A DNA stretch of 64,000 nt from Raillietiella orientalis. Taxonomy: Eukaryota. The first letter of the stretch is position 1, and each line of letters opens with the position of its first letter. Position numbers and translations under genes: made by a program. Positions 24,131 to 37,900 of this stretch are shown one piece after another. Below the pieces are notes generated by a model that was not told the origin of the DNA, searched no databases, and saw only the letters and a program-made list of their open reading frames with translations. Location: positions 3,906,001 to 3,970,000 of the forward strand of contig JAYWIR010000014.1 in NCBI GenBank assembly GCA_036172245.1, written 5' to 3'.

Positions 24131-25559
24131 CACCGTTCATGAAGTCACCTCGCTGTTCCCGGAAACAGGCAGCGATCGCACGAGAGAATTTAGCTAGCCG
24201 AGAAATCACTCTATCGACGGTTCCTTTGGGAGGATCCTCTGAGGACAATGGCAACGAGAATGACGCCTTCCGGGCAACGATGCCCAGGAATTCTCAAAAT
24301 AAACATCATTGCAAACAGCAAAGAGAGAGCATCCTGAGGAGTGAGCTCCGTACGCCAAGACGAACTCGGCTCACGTGAGAGAGAGGTTCGTGAGGCACAC
24401 CGTAATGCGCCGGCGCCTTGCAGGAGATCAAGGTCATTCTAAATCAATGCGACGATGCCGCTGCAGCCTCCTCCTCCAAGAACGTACAAGTCAGCGAAGG
24501 AGATGAGGCGACTGGGAGGAGGCTTTGCCTTAGGCAACCATCCGGCAATTTCAGTTTACTGAATCCAGACTCCTAGAAGGAGTCCAGAATGAGTCCGACC
24601 GAAGACAACGTTCCAATTCCGGAAACAGGGACAGACAGAGGTGGTAAGGCAGTCAGAGCATGGACGTTGCCTCGGGAGGCTCCTTATTGGAGGGCCTCAG
24701 TGGAAAGTGCGATGCAAATGGGGAACTGCAAAAGTCCTGAACAACTTGCCGGTGACTGAGGTGAGGTACTCCTTCAAGTCTCCATCATTGACACGCAGCC
24801 TTGTCTGTTCTCGTCGCTTGTGCATCGCCTGTTGGAACATCAACGCTCCGCACGACAGCGAGACAAAGCTCATGCCAGCTGAAATTCTGCATGCTTTCGC
24901 TTCCGCACTGTTCGAAGAGATGCACGAGATCTCCCAGCAGGAAGGGGGGGGGGGGATATCCAAGGTTTTTTTTTTTTTTTGGTTCGCTGAGTACCTCAAG
25001 AGCCGTCGCTCCTGGCGGCTCACGCAGCTCTTTAACACTGTTCCACGCCACCCGAGAGACTAATAGTTTTCAAACGTACGGGGACATCCAACAAGGTGTT
25101 ACCTCCATGCTCTTCTGTTTACGACCTAGAGATGACTTTTGAGTTTTTCCATGTCAAGTTGATTTAGTCACGAGCATTGACGGCTTAATTCTATCAAAAA
25201 AAGTTTCTATTCCGTTGTTTTCTAACACTCTGAGTAAGACTTAAATTTTATTCCGAGATATAAAGAAGGAATTACTGTGTTCCTTCAGTACATAATTTCG
25301 CTCACCATTCTCAAGGAAACTTTTAGGATAGAACAAGAAATCAAATCGTGGATTCCAAGACGTACTGTGGCTAAAATCGAGAAATGAACAGATAGCAGCT
25401 ACTTGTGTTCCAGAGCACATCCTCAATACTCGCTGGCTCTTACACTTGTGTGTACCGAAATAGTAAATAGAATCACATACTAGTAACGCGAAACGGTTTG
25501 CCTCTTTCTTGTCAAGAGGTACTGCGGACCACCTCCTAGCAGGAGTGAGGCGAGTTCTC

Positions 25560-26150
25560 ATTGATAACATTAGTGAAGTGCTAGAGGATACCCATTATAA
25601 TTTGAAGGGTTTGGCTTAGAGGCAGAATACACAAGTACAAGAAGAAAAAAAGAGGATTTGCGTGCCTCTTGGTGCTGAAATGTAACTTTTGTTTCGGAAT
25701 GTGACTAAATCAAGAGACAAAGAGAATGCAGTTTGGTTCTGTCGAGTTCAACGGCATTGGGCTTTCAATAAGATATCTATCTACACGTACAACGCACTGG
25801 TTGGGAGGTTTAGATTCTCTGCCAATGAGACCGAATAAGATAGAGGTAACAGTTGGGTCGGTTCATTATGCTAATGGTGTTACACATGGTGGGTGATACA
25901 TACATCTAGTGATAGAGAGGAGAAAGCAATATTCCCTGTAGGATACCTGAAGTAGGCTAAATGAGATACCGGTAGAGAAAGGAGTAAGAAACCCCAAGTG
26001 AGGGTATCTGGACAGAACCCTGTCTCTCGAATAAGAGATATTAGAATGCATAAGAAGCTGTCCAATGAAGTGAGAAGCCACTTGTATTAATAATCGTATG
26101 CTGCCGTTTGTTTTGCAATGGAATTTAGTAGCAGATTTATACCGCAAATT
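25560..26150 (-). mobile_element. Decayed LINE reverse transcriptase relic (CR1/L2/Jockey-like; clade not resolved)
   Basis: Minus strand reads SGFSLHWTASY..ERQGSVQI, then TSGILQGILLSPLY*MYV (about 25953-25905; like SGVPQGS.LSPLLF.IY), then MPLNSTEPNCILF (like L.LN..K...I.F). Many stops. Confidence 0.65.
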
Positions 26151-26334
26151 TGAGACTACTGTCGACTGAGTTCTACATAGAGCTTGAGCATGAAAATGTA
26201 GCTTGCTTGTTCTTATCCGGGAAAAATAATGACAAGCAGTAAATCTTAAAATCATGGTATTCTAATTATGGAAACTGTTTTGTCCTTGAAAACTCGATTA
26301 GAGTAACTCCAAGAAATAATGAAAGCATAAAGCT

Positions 26335-27135
26335 TAGACTCGAACTCCATGCATGAAGTTCCCACCACTGCCCCCGTCGGAGTCCGTGGGGTTACGGTGG
26401 TCTCCGCGCATGGCACCACCATGCGTCGTGGATTCGAATACTCCGAAGGAATCGACGCAGTGCATCGTGGGTCCCGAGTTCACTGCACAAGATGACGCTG
26501 GCTGGCCTACATTCATCCGGGTGCGGCACTGGTAGCGGTTCAAACCGGATGCCCCCGATGAGAGCCGGGACAAATGAGAGTCGACCTCCGGGTCCTTCCA
26601 GGAATCACGGAGTGGAAGCTCCCTCTGGTTGTGAAGGAGCGGACCCTCCATTCCGGGGGGATCCTCCGTGTCGTACTGATGGAGTAGGTGTGCCGCCACC
26701 ACCTCTCCAGAGAGTGCAGAGAAGCGAGCCTATCCCTCCAGGGAAGCTGCCTCCTGAATTTCGGAAGTGTTTCTTCTGGGTTCTCTTCAGAGGAGTAGCA
26801 GGAGAGGATCCCTTGCGGGGCATCCCTCCGAAGAAGAAATTTCCAAAGCGGATCCTTTCCAGATTCCCTTATGAGAAGAAAGAATGGAGAGGACCCCTCA
26901 CCCCTCCTGAGGGGTGTCCCTCGGGAGAGAATAAGAAAGGAGATTCCCTTCTGGATTCCCCTTCGGAGACAACCAGGGTGGAGGTGATCTCCATTTCCGG
27001 GGATTCCTCCCCAGGCGTGAGAGGAACGGATTCCGAGTCCTTCCTGGATTCATAGGGCAAACCCCTCCCGGGGTACCGCCATCTTGAAGAATTACCCACC
27101 TTCGGGTGGCGTGGAACCGTGTCGAAGAACTGCAA
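26335..27135 (-). other. Unclassified GC-rich insertion with degenerate ~40-50 nt internal repeats and a structured end
   Basis: Sharp compositional edges. Alternating units at 26770-26970 (minus strand tctccgaaggggaatccagaagggaatc / tctcccgagggacacccc..ggggtcctctcc / tctcataagggaatctggaaaggatcc / tcttcggagggatgcccc..gggatcctctcc). Shares a 32-nt segment with 25024-25055. Confidence 0.4.
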
Positions 27136-27739
27136 AGACAGAAAAGAAAGGATTTCCAAATGAAGCACACTTCAAGTTCCCACTACTTCATGAGATTAGG
27201 AGCCAAGCATACAAAGTCCCAACAGATTCAGTCTTGTGTTCACATCAAAGATAGCTTTTGATTTCCTAATCAAGCTATTTATTCATGAATGGATTCCCTA
27301 GCTGAGGAGTACGGACGATATAACTTTACTGTGGAAGAGAATTTCGATAGGAAAATTATGAATTTCTAAAATTGCAATTCATTTTTTCCATAGCACACAA
27401 AATGACTGCATCTACTAGCTGCTAGCTGACTTGGACCTCATAAGAGATTCACAAGAGTTTCTATGAGAGGAGTCATGGAAAATCTATTTATGGGATTTTC
27501 TCACGAAACATAGCTAAAATGACAATTGCACATCTTTATTCTCATCTTCATTCTGCACTACCACAAGAGTTCTCGGGAGTTGATTTTTTTTTTTTTTCTT
27601 TTTTAGCGTTTTCAGTTTCTCGAGTTTTGTAAGGATATCCGGTAATTCCACCAAAATCGTTTTGAGGGCCTTGTCCAAGTGATTGCATTCGTGTTAAACG
27701 TAGCAACACCTGGAGACACGTGCAACTGCACACCTTCGA

Positions 27740-28800
27740 GTGCCATCACATTTTAAACGTTTGCTAAACGAATTGCAGTGCATAAAATTTCTTGCTGCTC
27801 CGATTTTCGCGTGGGGCTTAGAGGTTCCAGCGGGTTGGATCCATCGATGGACGTTCAGCTTGCCATGGCACGCCCGGCAACCATCGATCACACATTCTAG
27901 TACAAAAGTGTTACAGAATATTGTACCGATCGCAGCCAGGTAAGCCTCTGAATAAGTCTTTGAAATCAAATCCTCGAAACGGCCTTCCGATTACCGGAGA
28001 AATTAGAAATTAGAATCCAAACCCGAGTTGCTCTTGGACAAGAACATTTCGCGTCTGTCTTCGTCTTCGGGACTTTATCTCACCGGCCCGGCCTGCGGCA
28101 AATTTCAGGCAAGTCGTGGACACACGCGGGGTGGGAAGGCTCGAAGCGACGAGAAATGCCTTCCAAATTTGCCTTTTATGTCGAGAGAAACGGAGTCCCG
28201 AAAGTGTATTGCGATTATGAATTTCTGCATATTTTTTTGTGTCCCTTGGCGACGTTTCCTTTCTTACAGCGACGAGATGCATGCCTTGCTCACATCCATA
28301 CTGGTGACTTGGGGTTCGTGAAGGAACTGTTTTTTCGACTGCCGTCTCCAAAGATGTGGGGTTGTTTTCCGGTTGAAAACGTAGTGGTGGACAGAACGGC
28401 TCATTGAAGCCATAATAAAATTCACTATTCGGAGACTCCCAGCCCACAAAAAGTTGTTGGTTCTCGAGGACCGCAAGAGTGATCTAGCTGTTAGCAGTAA
28501 AATAAGACCAGCGAGATCCTATTCTTCAAGGATCTTTCGATCTGAACATCTCTGACACTTCGACATACACCGGCATGTGGGTTCAGAGTTGTGTTCTCGG
28601 ATGACAACACATTTATTCTATATAAACAAACTCGAGTCCAGCAGTGCTTCTTGACAGATTTGTCTATTGATGGTCATGTTTTAGCTCCCTCGAGCAAGAG
28701 GGCATTTATCACAAGCAGTCTTGGCGATCGCCTTTATACAGCCATGGTAGAAATGCAGGATCTTGAAATATTTTGGTGATGACTTCAAGGCATTCAAGCT
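27740..28800 (+). mobile_element. Decayed Ty3/gypsy-like RNase H-integrase remnant
   Basis: In order: AAPIFAWGLE..WIHRWTFSL..QP..VPIAAR (RNase H-like), LQRRDACLAHIHTGDLGFVK..PKM (like L..LH.GH.G..K...WP.M, the integrase Zn domain), VFSDDNTF..FLTDLSIDGHVLAP (like VSDNG..F..FL...GI.H...AP, the integrase core). Confidence 0.5.
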
Positions 28801-31800
28801 TTACAGTTTCTCCACTTTGGAGGCATCTTCTGGGTCGAAAATTCATCCGTTCTAGTGGAATGCAAGTCGATCACAAAAGACAAAAATGCTCCAAAAGTTT
28901 ACAAGTTTACTTAGAACGTATACAATATATATATATACCTTTCGTCCTCAACTATTTCTTATGAATTGTATGATTCCACAAACCTACCCTGTACCTGCAA
29001 AACAAAATACTTTGGATTCTTGGGAGATCTTAGGAAATTGTTTAACTGAATCTCAAGTCAGTATTCAATATCTTTCTTGTTTTTCAAATCGATATATTAG
29101 ATGAAAATGTTTTTTTTTTTTTTTTCCACAAGACTGAATCGAAACACTTTCCTTTAAAAGCATATTGAGTAGCTGTGACAGTGAACACGTATCAGTGAGT
29201 GTTGAAATATCTGGAAACCAATATTATCTATAACCCACATTGGTTAGTGATTCAATAATAAGGAAAGAATGAAGAACCACGGAGAACTCGGCTAGAAATT
29301 TTCTTCAGAATAAGCCAAACTTCTAAGTTTTTCAAAAATGCATTCACAGAACCAAAGTTCATGAAAACAAAATGAAACAGTGTCATCATCGCCAAAATAT
29401 GGAAACACGCAGAAACTTTCTTGTACATACCAGAAGAAGTAGAAAATAGAGCTTCAGGATCAGAGCAGTTGTTAAGAAGAAAGCAAGAACACCTGGCGTC
29501 ATCCCCCAAAACACACATAAACCAAATTTTCTAGCATAAACTAAATATTTGTTTCATTTTTTTATTCCGCAGTGTACGTCGATGTGCATAAAGCGTTATT
29601 ATAAATCGTTCAATGATATTCACTGGAGTTTGAATTGATTCCTATAAAATTAATTCCCATCCACCTGAGTCACTTTGGACGCACTTTCATTTTTCATCGA
29701 GTTCTAGAAATGATTCTAGAATAGATGGCTCGACTTCACACAAATGTTCAAAGAATGGACACTTTGCTTGCATTTTGCTACCACCCAGAGAGCAATCGTA
29801 ATCCACGCCTTTTGTTTTTCGGCAAAATTTCAAGCCTTTACTTTGGTCTTCATCATCAACCGTTTAATGTCATTTGTTAAACATTCCTCAGATTGGATCA
29901 TAAAATTTTCTTCAAGGCAACCTCGTGGATAAGAAAATGGATGCTTTCCTCTCCTTTGTCCATGCTTCAAAATTTTCGTAGCATCTCGTGTGTGAATGCC
30001 ATTTTGCGATTAAGGATAAAACGTTTTTTGATTAGCTTGTTGGATTCCACCATTCTTTCATTAGTGTTCCGACTTCGTTCTGATGACGTTCGGTTATTTG
30101 CAGATATACATCATATGCGATGCCTAGAGGGTTTTCATATGTTGCTTTCGACTTGATTTAATTTTATTGTAATTTCATTTTACTATTAAAGTACTTGTTA
30201 CCCGAAAAGGGTCACAAAAGAAATTGATTTTAGGGACAAAAAGCCTCAATAGTTAAAAATTAAAGGGAAAAACTAAAAGATAATTAAGTTTTCAGTCATG
30301 GAGCATTATAAAAAATAAGAAACTTCAGATCAGTTGTTCATCACTTGATTATTTAGAAAGTGTATTTAAAAGAAGTAGTCCTGTTAGCATTTAAGAAAAA
30401 ACACACTCGTGTTTAGTGGAGATTTCAGTTGTTAGTATCTAGTGGACAAATTGATAGTTTAGACTACCAAGAACAGGTAAGAAAGAGCAAAAAAAATAGA
30501 TGAATATTTTCTGTCGTAAGGGATAAGAAGTGTATTTGTAAACCTCTGTATTTCTGTTTATGAAGATCCAACTAAGATGATTGAATACAAGATTGCAAGA
30601 ACAGATCCGGGAGAAAACAGACGTTGCTGTTCACAAAACATATTGTACGAAAACCATGGTTTTGAAAAATAATGAATAACAAGATTCCAGAGACACCACA
30701 GAGACCAGGAATAGGCGGCACATAACTATGTGCACGATATTTTCTTTCGCATACAAGGCTTACAATTTAGAAAGTTTCTATTTTTTTTCATGATTTGGTG
30801 ATGCGTTTGTCAAAATTATAGCAGGTAGAAAAGTTATTAAAAAAGAAGTGGTCTACAGAAACTTCTCAGAATTTGAAAAACTCCGTGATAAGCCGTACTG
30901 AAAAACCCTACTTCTCTTTCTCTTCTTGATTATGCATTCGAGTAGCAAAATAGGAATGTACTACCTTGTTAAAAAAATCATACTGATATCCTCTTCATGT
31001 ATTCAATATTATTTATATAATAGCTCATGAAATAATAAGTCATTTTCTAAATTAATTTTTTTTGTGATGAATGTCTATTTGTGAATATTCGTTTTATGAA
31101 TTGTTTCTGAAAATGTTTCTGAGAAATTATTTTTGCAATTCGTGTAAGTGGTCATCATGTAAGGGCACTTCCCTGCATTTGGCTTCGTGGGAATTCGAAA
31201 GGCCAGGGTGCCACTCTCGTGCTAGCAATGCTTGCTCTCGTTTGCCAAGAACTTCCAAACACGAGTTGCATTACACTTTTTGACTGAGGGTTTTGTCCAG
31301 CTGGAAAAATAGATGACGGCCTACTTAATTTAGTTTGCCATACAATCGGAATTGCTCAAAGTGACTCCAAGAGAGGAAAGCTGTTCTTCCTTGCTGTGCC
31401 ACATTGAAATTCCTTACTCAGTGTAAATTTTCAACATTAGATTAACTGTTTAGGAAATTCTCTTTTCATAAAACAGAAGTGAACTTTGCTGTAGTGTGAA
31501 ATTTATATTTTTCGATGGGACGTAAGATACATTGGTGTGAATAAAGCATTATTCTATGTAATAAAGTTTCTTGCTACTCAAGGATTGTTTTGTTTGTGGT
31601 ATGCTGATACACTTTTTGTCTTGCATATTCACAGGCGAAGAATATTTCCACCCTATAGTTGTAATACTCAATAGTATTATTTTCACTACAAGAAATCTAG
31701 TTTTGTGATTTAAAATGTGCAGGGAATTTAAGGCATAGCTGCAGATTTAATGCCTTGCATGATATGAATTCGTTGCGCCGATTTCGTATTCTGAAATGTA

Positions 31801-33759
31801 AAAGTTACATGAATTTGTTGATGTGAGTATGTGAATTATGCTTTCTGGGCATTCCAGTACAATTGCAGTTTCCCAATGAAAGGTGGTAGTTTTTAATTAA
31901 ACACTCTTTGATATGAATTTTTTCTAATGAGTATTTTCATATTGATTTTGTTGTGCATAAATGTGTAATCACAATACGATTCAATACTTGAGTATGGAAG
32001 CAGTAGTCCACAGTCTTGAATATATGTTGTGCATATGGATAGAAGCAGATTTTGATTTTATCTCCTGGAATTCAGCGTAATATCACACATTAGCTTTTAA
32101 TTTGCCATTACATGATCAGATATTTTCATGTCACTAGTAAAATATAGATTGAATAAACCAAGTGATTTTTTAGTGTGCTCAAATTAATCACTATTTCTCA
32201 TTGATCAATAAATTAAAGAATAGCTGAATGTAAAAGAACTTTGAGGTCTGTTGCATAGCGTATTAGATGGAAAATTTAAATTGCACAGAGTGTTTCTTAA
32301 ATATTACATTTAAAAACCTAATTCTTTTAATCTTCGAGTTTGTTGAATATTTATTTTCTTAGTATGTGAAGTTGTATATTTCAAATATATCAGTCCTGGC
32401 CCAAATAGATTTATTTCCTTTATCGTAATTTATTATACTCGTGGCTTCCAAGTGTTTGTGTTGAAGCTTAACTATTTTTATTTATGAGTTTTGATGCAGA
32501 TACTTAAAAACAATAATGGACACTTTATTTATAAAAAATAAATTGTGTAATGTAATGTAATGTTATTTTTTAAGAGCATGCAGTAAGTATGTTTTGTCAT
32601 ATAAAATGAGTGTTGTGCTTCATAAGCCTATGTGTTTGATGCAGGAGTAGACTTCTGATTTCTGGTATCAATTCATGCAAGCCAAAGTACTTGATTTGAC
32701 TTTTGTATTGGAATTTTCGTTTGTTCATTCATATATTTTGTAATTAATTTCAAATTATGTATGTGAATTCTTGAAAATGGCATTTTAATTCATATATAGA
32801 AAACATTCATGTATGGAAATTTCAATGAATTCTTTTTTTTTGTTTTGCGAAATGTATTTAAGGAGATGAAGACATTTGGAATACTTTCCTTTCTAAATCA
32901 TGAATATGTGATTTCCATTGTATTGTTAAAAGTTTTTTCTATTAAATTGCCTATTTAGGATAGGTTACTGATGCAAATTCTTAGCATAAATATCAGAGAG
33001 TTAATAATAAATGAGTAATATGAGTGCAAAATTGTCATGTTGCAATTGTGTGATTTATTAATTCATTAAGTGTATTTCATAAAAAGAAATGTCCTGAAAG
33101 AAACAAGAGATGAAAAATCACATTTTCATCAAATTTAGCAAATATTTTAGAAAGTATAGAAAAATAAATAACAATTTTGTTAGTCCACAGAGCAGGTTTG
33201 TTGGCAAGCAATATAGAACCACATTCAATTTTCCGTAATGAAACAAAAATGAGGAAAGTTTTAGTTTAGATTTAAAAGTGATATTTTGTGCATCAGGTGT
33301 TATCATTGTATTGTTTTCTTGTGCTTATTAGTGTAAGAGAAAATGAGTTTCTGTGAACAGTAACTGCACACTCACACAAAAAGAACTTGCATAATGTTTT
33401 AGCAACTGATACTTCATACTAACTGCACAGAAGAGATGTAAATGGAAAAAAAGTTCAACATAGAAAATGTCATTATGTAATCATAATTCCAAATTAGACA
33501 ATCAAACATTCTGAAAAGATCATACTTATTGAATTGCGAAGAAAGACAAAACACTCTAAGGGAATTCTTGTAAGTTCTTTAGAGTGTTATTACTATTATT
33601 CTTATTTCATAGTCAATAAATTATTTTTAATGTTGTGATCCAAGTGTCAGAACAAAAACTGAATGTTACTAGTTGTTTTTTCTACCAGTGTTCCCAAAAT
33701 TGAAGTTCATTTTCTAAAAAAGTCACAAGCAGGTTATATGAAAAGAATTAGAGAACCTA

Positions 33760-34350
33760 ACTACTCAGTATGTCTCTATCCTGAATCTCATTTTCAACAG
33801 AATTCGATTTAAGATGCCTAAATATAAAGCACTTATATATAAAGTAAGGAATTCTGCATAATTCTCCCAAAGCTAAAGGAATTGAGAACTTCAAATATTG
33901 TTCATTTGGCATGTAGCTGTGTGTTTCCAAATTTATACCTAAAGTTATATGCTTGCTTGTATATTTTTGCACCTTGTACGTTTCCACTAATGCTTGTGAT
34001 ATAAATATGGGATAGGAATTAAAAGGAGGAAATCGTAAAAACAAAGCAAAAGAGATTGTATGAACTTTAGGAAAGTCACTTTTGCCTATTTTTTTTATTC
34101 CATCTGTTTCCTTTGGTATTGCTGATAGACCAACTAAAAATACCATCATCCATAAATCCTTCAGCTTGATTTTTAATTCAAATTTATGATTATTGAATAA
34201 TTCAGTACCCATCACTGTTTGGAAATTTGAAAATTTTCTATTCCTTCAAGCTTTCATTCATTCTCAAGTCACTGAACAATTTGATAAAAAGACTGTTTCA
34301 ATATTTTTGCATTCATTTTCATTAATTAGATGTTTATTATGGGTGAACAG
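33760..34350 (-). mobile_element. Possible decayed DIRS- or gypsy-type RT remnant
   Basis: Minus strand reads CSPIINI, DLRMNESLKE.KIFK, FELKIKLKDLWMMVFL (like F..KIDLKDAY..V.L) and ITLGINLET (like FLG..IDT). The catalytic YxDD is not present. Confidence 0.3.
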
Positions 34351-34970
34351 TCATTTGTCTGCACATCATAGTAATTATTACCTTGAAAATGAAACTATAT
34401 TTTTACTTTCCATTTGTTTTTAATGGAATTGATTTTGTTTTAGTGGATATATGACTTTCCTTTCTGGTTTCATTTCTTCAGTAAATGTTTAGTAAAGTTT
34501 TCTTGAGTAAATAAAAATTCACTTTAGTAAATTTCCTATTCATTTTGTTGTGTCCCAAGTTTGCCTACAAATTCTTGCAACACTAATTCTTTTTTCACTC
34601 AAAGGATAACTGGTTAATTTGGGTTTGACACCAGTAGGTTTCATCTCAATGACATGATTTTCATATCAGTAAACTTTTTGTTAAAACTTTGCAGAAACAT
34701 CAATGAAGTCAATATAGAGGATTGCTTTGAATGATTCAATTTCCTTCTATTTTAACTTGTATTACTACCAGGAATTTTTGTTCACACTTAATTATGGTTT
34801 CTTGTCATATTCTGATTGTACCCTATTTGTGTTTAGAGATTTGGGAAATTGTAAACCATAAGATGTTTTATGTATACAAGTTTACGTATTCATGTTATTG
34901 GTGTTTAAATAAATTGTGTCTTATCTTAGAGTAATATGCTGTTCATTTGTTTCTTGATCAGCTAACAAGC

Positions 34971-37900
34971 ATGAAAACAAATTCCGAAGATTACCTGTAT
35001 GATACTACAGAGCTAAATAAGAAGGTACGACAACTGCTGCCAAAAGCTCCTTTGCTTACTCCAGTTCCAAACCTTGAAAAGTACCGAAAAAAAGATCCTA
35101 TAGAGGATCCATACTTCAATTTTAGATTGGAAAAGCAGGAAAGACTTAGAACCAGGAAGCTTTTGTAAGTACCTTTCAGCTTCAATTTTTCATTCACATT
35201 TCATCTTGGATAGATTAAAAAGGGCACAAAATGATTATCGAAAAATGATAAATTTTCAAACTGAGCTACCTTCAGGATCTTGGAAACCAGATTATTCCCA
35301 AGAGCATTATAAACAAAAGATCAGAGAATTGATCCTGAAAGAACCTGTTTTGCCACTTGCAGATAAGACTCTAATGAATATTGTAAAGGTATAATTGGAT
35401 GTAGTTTATTAATTATCAGTTTACAGAGTTGCATAGCGTCTTCCAGAATCATTGGTTGAAAAGTACCATCCATTAGTTCTCGAGAACTTGAAAGAAATTC
35501 AAGGTTTTTATGGGGATGCGATCCAAAGATTCATAGTTGAAAACATCCTAATTTCAACAACTGACAAAGTGCGTGATGAAGATGATTTTCATGAGAACTA
35601 TGAGTAAGAGTCCTGCATTCATAAGCTTTCTCTTCAGCTTTGCTGTAGATTTACGGAGAAACCTCGATGGTCAACATCATTTGAAAAGAATTATAAGTTG
35701 ATTGAAAAAAAGCTACACATTGGACATTATCTTGTTCGTAAAATTCATAATTTGTGCCAAAAATGGTTTAGTGGTGTGTGTTTAATACCTTGTGCTGCAG
35801 TCAGGTAATGATACATCCAGTTGATGTGATGAAATAGCAGATCATTTTTTCTTGCACTGTATTCTGTTTAGCAGTTTAGCTGTATGTGCATTTATCATAA
35901 AGTCAACTGATTGTTGTGTGAGTTATGTGTTCATCACATATAAATACCAGAAATCCTTAAGCTTTAAAATGTATAGCTTAATTTTAATTTCATCAATGTT
36001 TTTCTGTTTCTGATTAATCAGTTGCAGTTTTCATGATAATGAATATTATAAAATCTTACTCAGCATTTTTAAAAATATTATTGGTAGTTTTATGCAGACA
36101 GTTCCTCTATATTGGACTGGTGGTAATTAATCCCCATGAACGAAGTCGTGGGTGGTATGATTTAGTTCATGAGTTATTGCAAAATAATGCATGTGAAAAT
36201 TACAATGTTTTCTGCTTTACAGCATTTGTTTGTGATATTTAAATTTACTGCACTTTCTACAAGGCCAAACTGAATCTCATCTCTAATCATCTCTATCTCA
36301 TCAATCTCATCTCATCTCTAATCTCATTAGTGACTATTGAATTGATTTTCAGAATGGTACTGAGTTTCACATGTATTGCTAAGATTATACTTTTAAGCAA
36401 CTGTCGAAAGTGTATTTGACTGCTATATAAACTAAAGTTTTTGGGTTTCTGAGCTTAATTTTTAAATGGAAGAAGAAACAATGCAGTATCCGTTATTTTA
36501 ATTAAAAAAAAGTTTGCCTCCCAGCATTAAGGAAATCTCATCATAAGTATATGTGTTAATGAAAATGCTGAAATTATAAATAATACAAGGGATATTGTAC
36601 TGAATCATAATTCCGGTCTTTTATTAAATGTTCTCTATTAATATCAAGTTTAGATCCTTGATCCTTTTTGTATGTAGGTCTTATGGAATTTCTGAACATT
36701 TCGTTTTTCAGCAAGCTCCATGTTAAAATTAATTCTGGGATTTGATTAGTTGGTGAATCATGACGAACTCAACTGAGAAATAGTTTTGACTAAAATGCTG
36801 AGATTTTCAATCAAATGAAAGTTTCAATCATTTTCGTAAGTCCACCAAGCACATCACATTAAGATGTATGCTTGGTTGTAATTTATTATGGAATAGAAAA
36901 TACGTAATTATGTAATCAACTGTGCAATACGAAGATATATAATGCAGAAATATTATACATTAAAAAAAAAAAAACATGATTGCATACATCTAGGACTTTT
37001 CATGCATCAATTAGTCTCCAACCATCATTGAATATTCCAGTATAATATAGTTAGAGGCAAACATGATTCCATACATAGATCAGCATTCTTCAAATACTTT
37101 GGATGTTTTTACAAGTTAAAAGTTAACCTTTAGCAAAGGTGCTAGAATATTTAGCAGGCACAAAGAAATTTCCGAAACAAAAAAAAAAAAATTGGTAACC
37201 ATGTACTTAAGTTCTTGCACATCTTGCTATTTAAGTTGAGGAAAAATGAAAACGAGGTACTTTAATAATAATTGAAGCCATCACCATAAGAAGCGAAGCT
37301 TTTAGCTCAATAAAGTTACCAATAATTTATTCTAAGTATCACTGGAAGTTTTGTTAGGAGTAGAGCTTATGAGAAAACTCATCCATTTGTTAAATATTTG
37401 AGTAACAAGTTTTCGGATCATTAAGATCCATTGGACTCCAGCTGCAATCTTCATATGTTAGATAAAAACATCTTTATATCTGTAACAGTGATCACTTTGG
37501 CATCATGTATCAAGTTTATCAATGATTTTTCTTATTATTAGCATATTTTTACAAAAAAAAAATCTAATAAAAAGTATAATCCAGCATATTCTAACCTATA
37601 CAAAAATGTTCACACTTAATGGAAAATAATACCCACCAAGTAGCATCCGTTTTTGTATATATGATTTAGTTTGCTTGATGTATTAGATTTTTTCACAGAT
37701 TTCTAATTTTTGTAGGACAGACACCTATTATGAACATGAAGCATTGCAATCTCATCTGCAAAATGTGTGTCTTAAAACTGAAGAACGGATTATGAGATCT
37801 TGGTATGAAGAATTGCTTACAGTTTTAAATAATTTCAAGAGATCAAAAAAATATAGCCTAGAGAATGTAAAACACTTAAGTCAATGTGTGTCCTCTTTGA

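Noticed and set aside
24815..24945. CIACWNIN...QQE resembling the start of an APE endonuclease
   Set aside because: No later APE motifs (GDFN, SDH) follow.
26330..26361. Palindrome plus CTAA on the minus strand as a Helitron 3' end
   Set aside because: Spacing is too short, the next base is not T, and there is no 5' TC end or Rep/helicase remnant.
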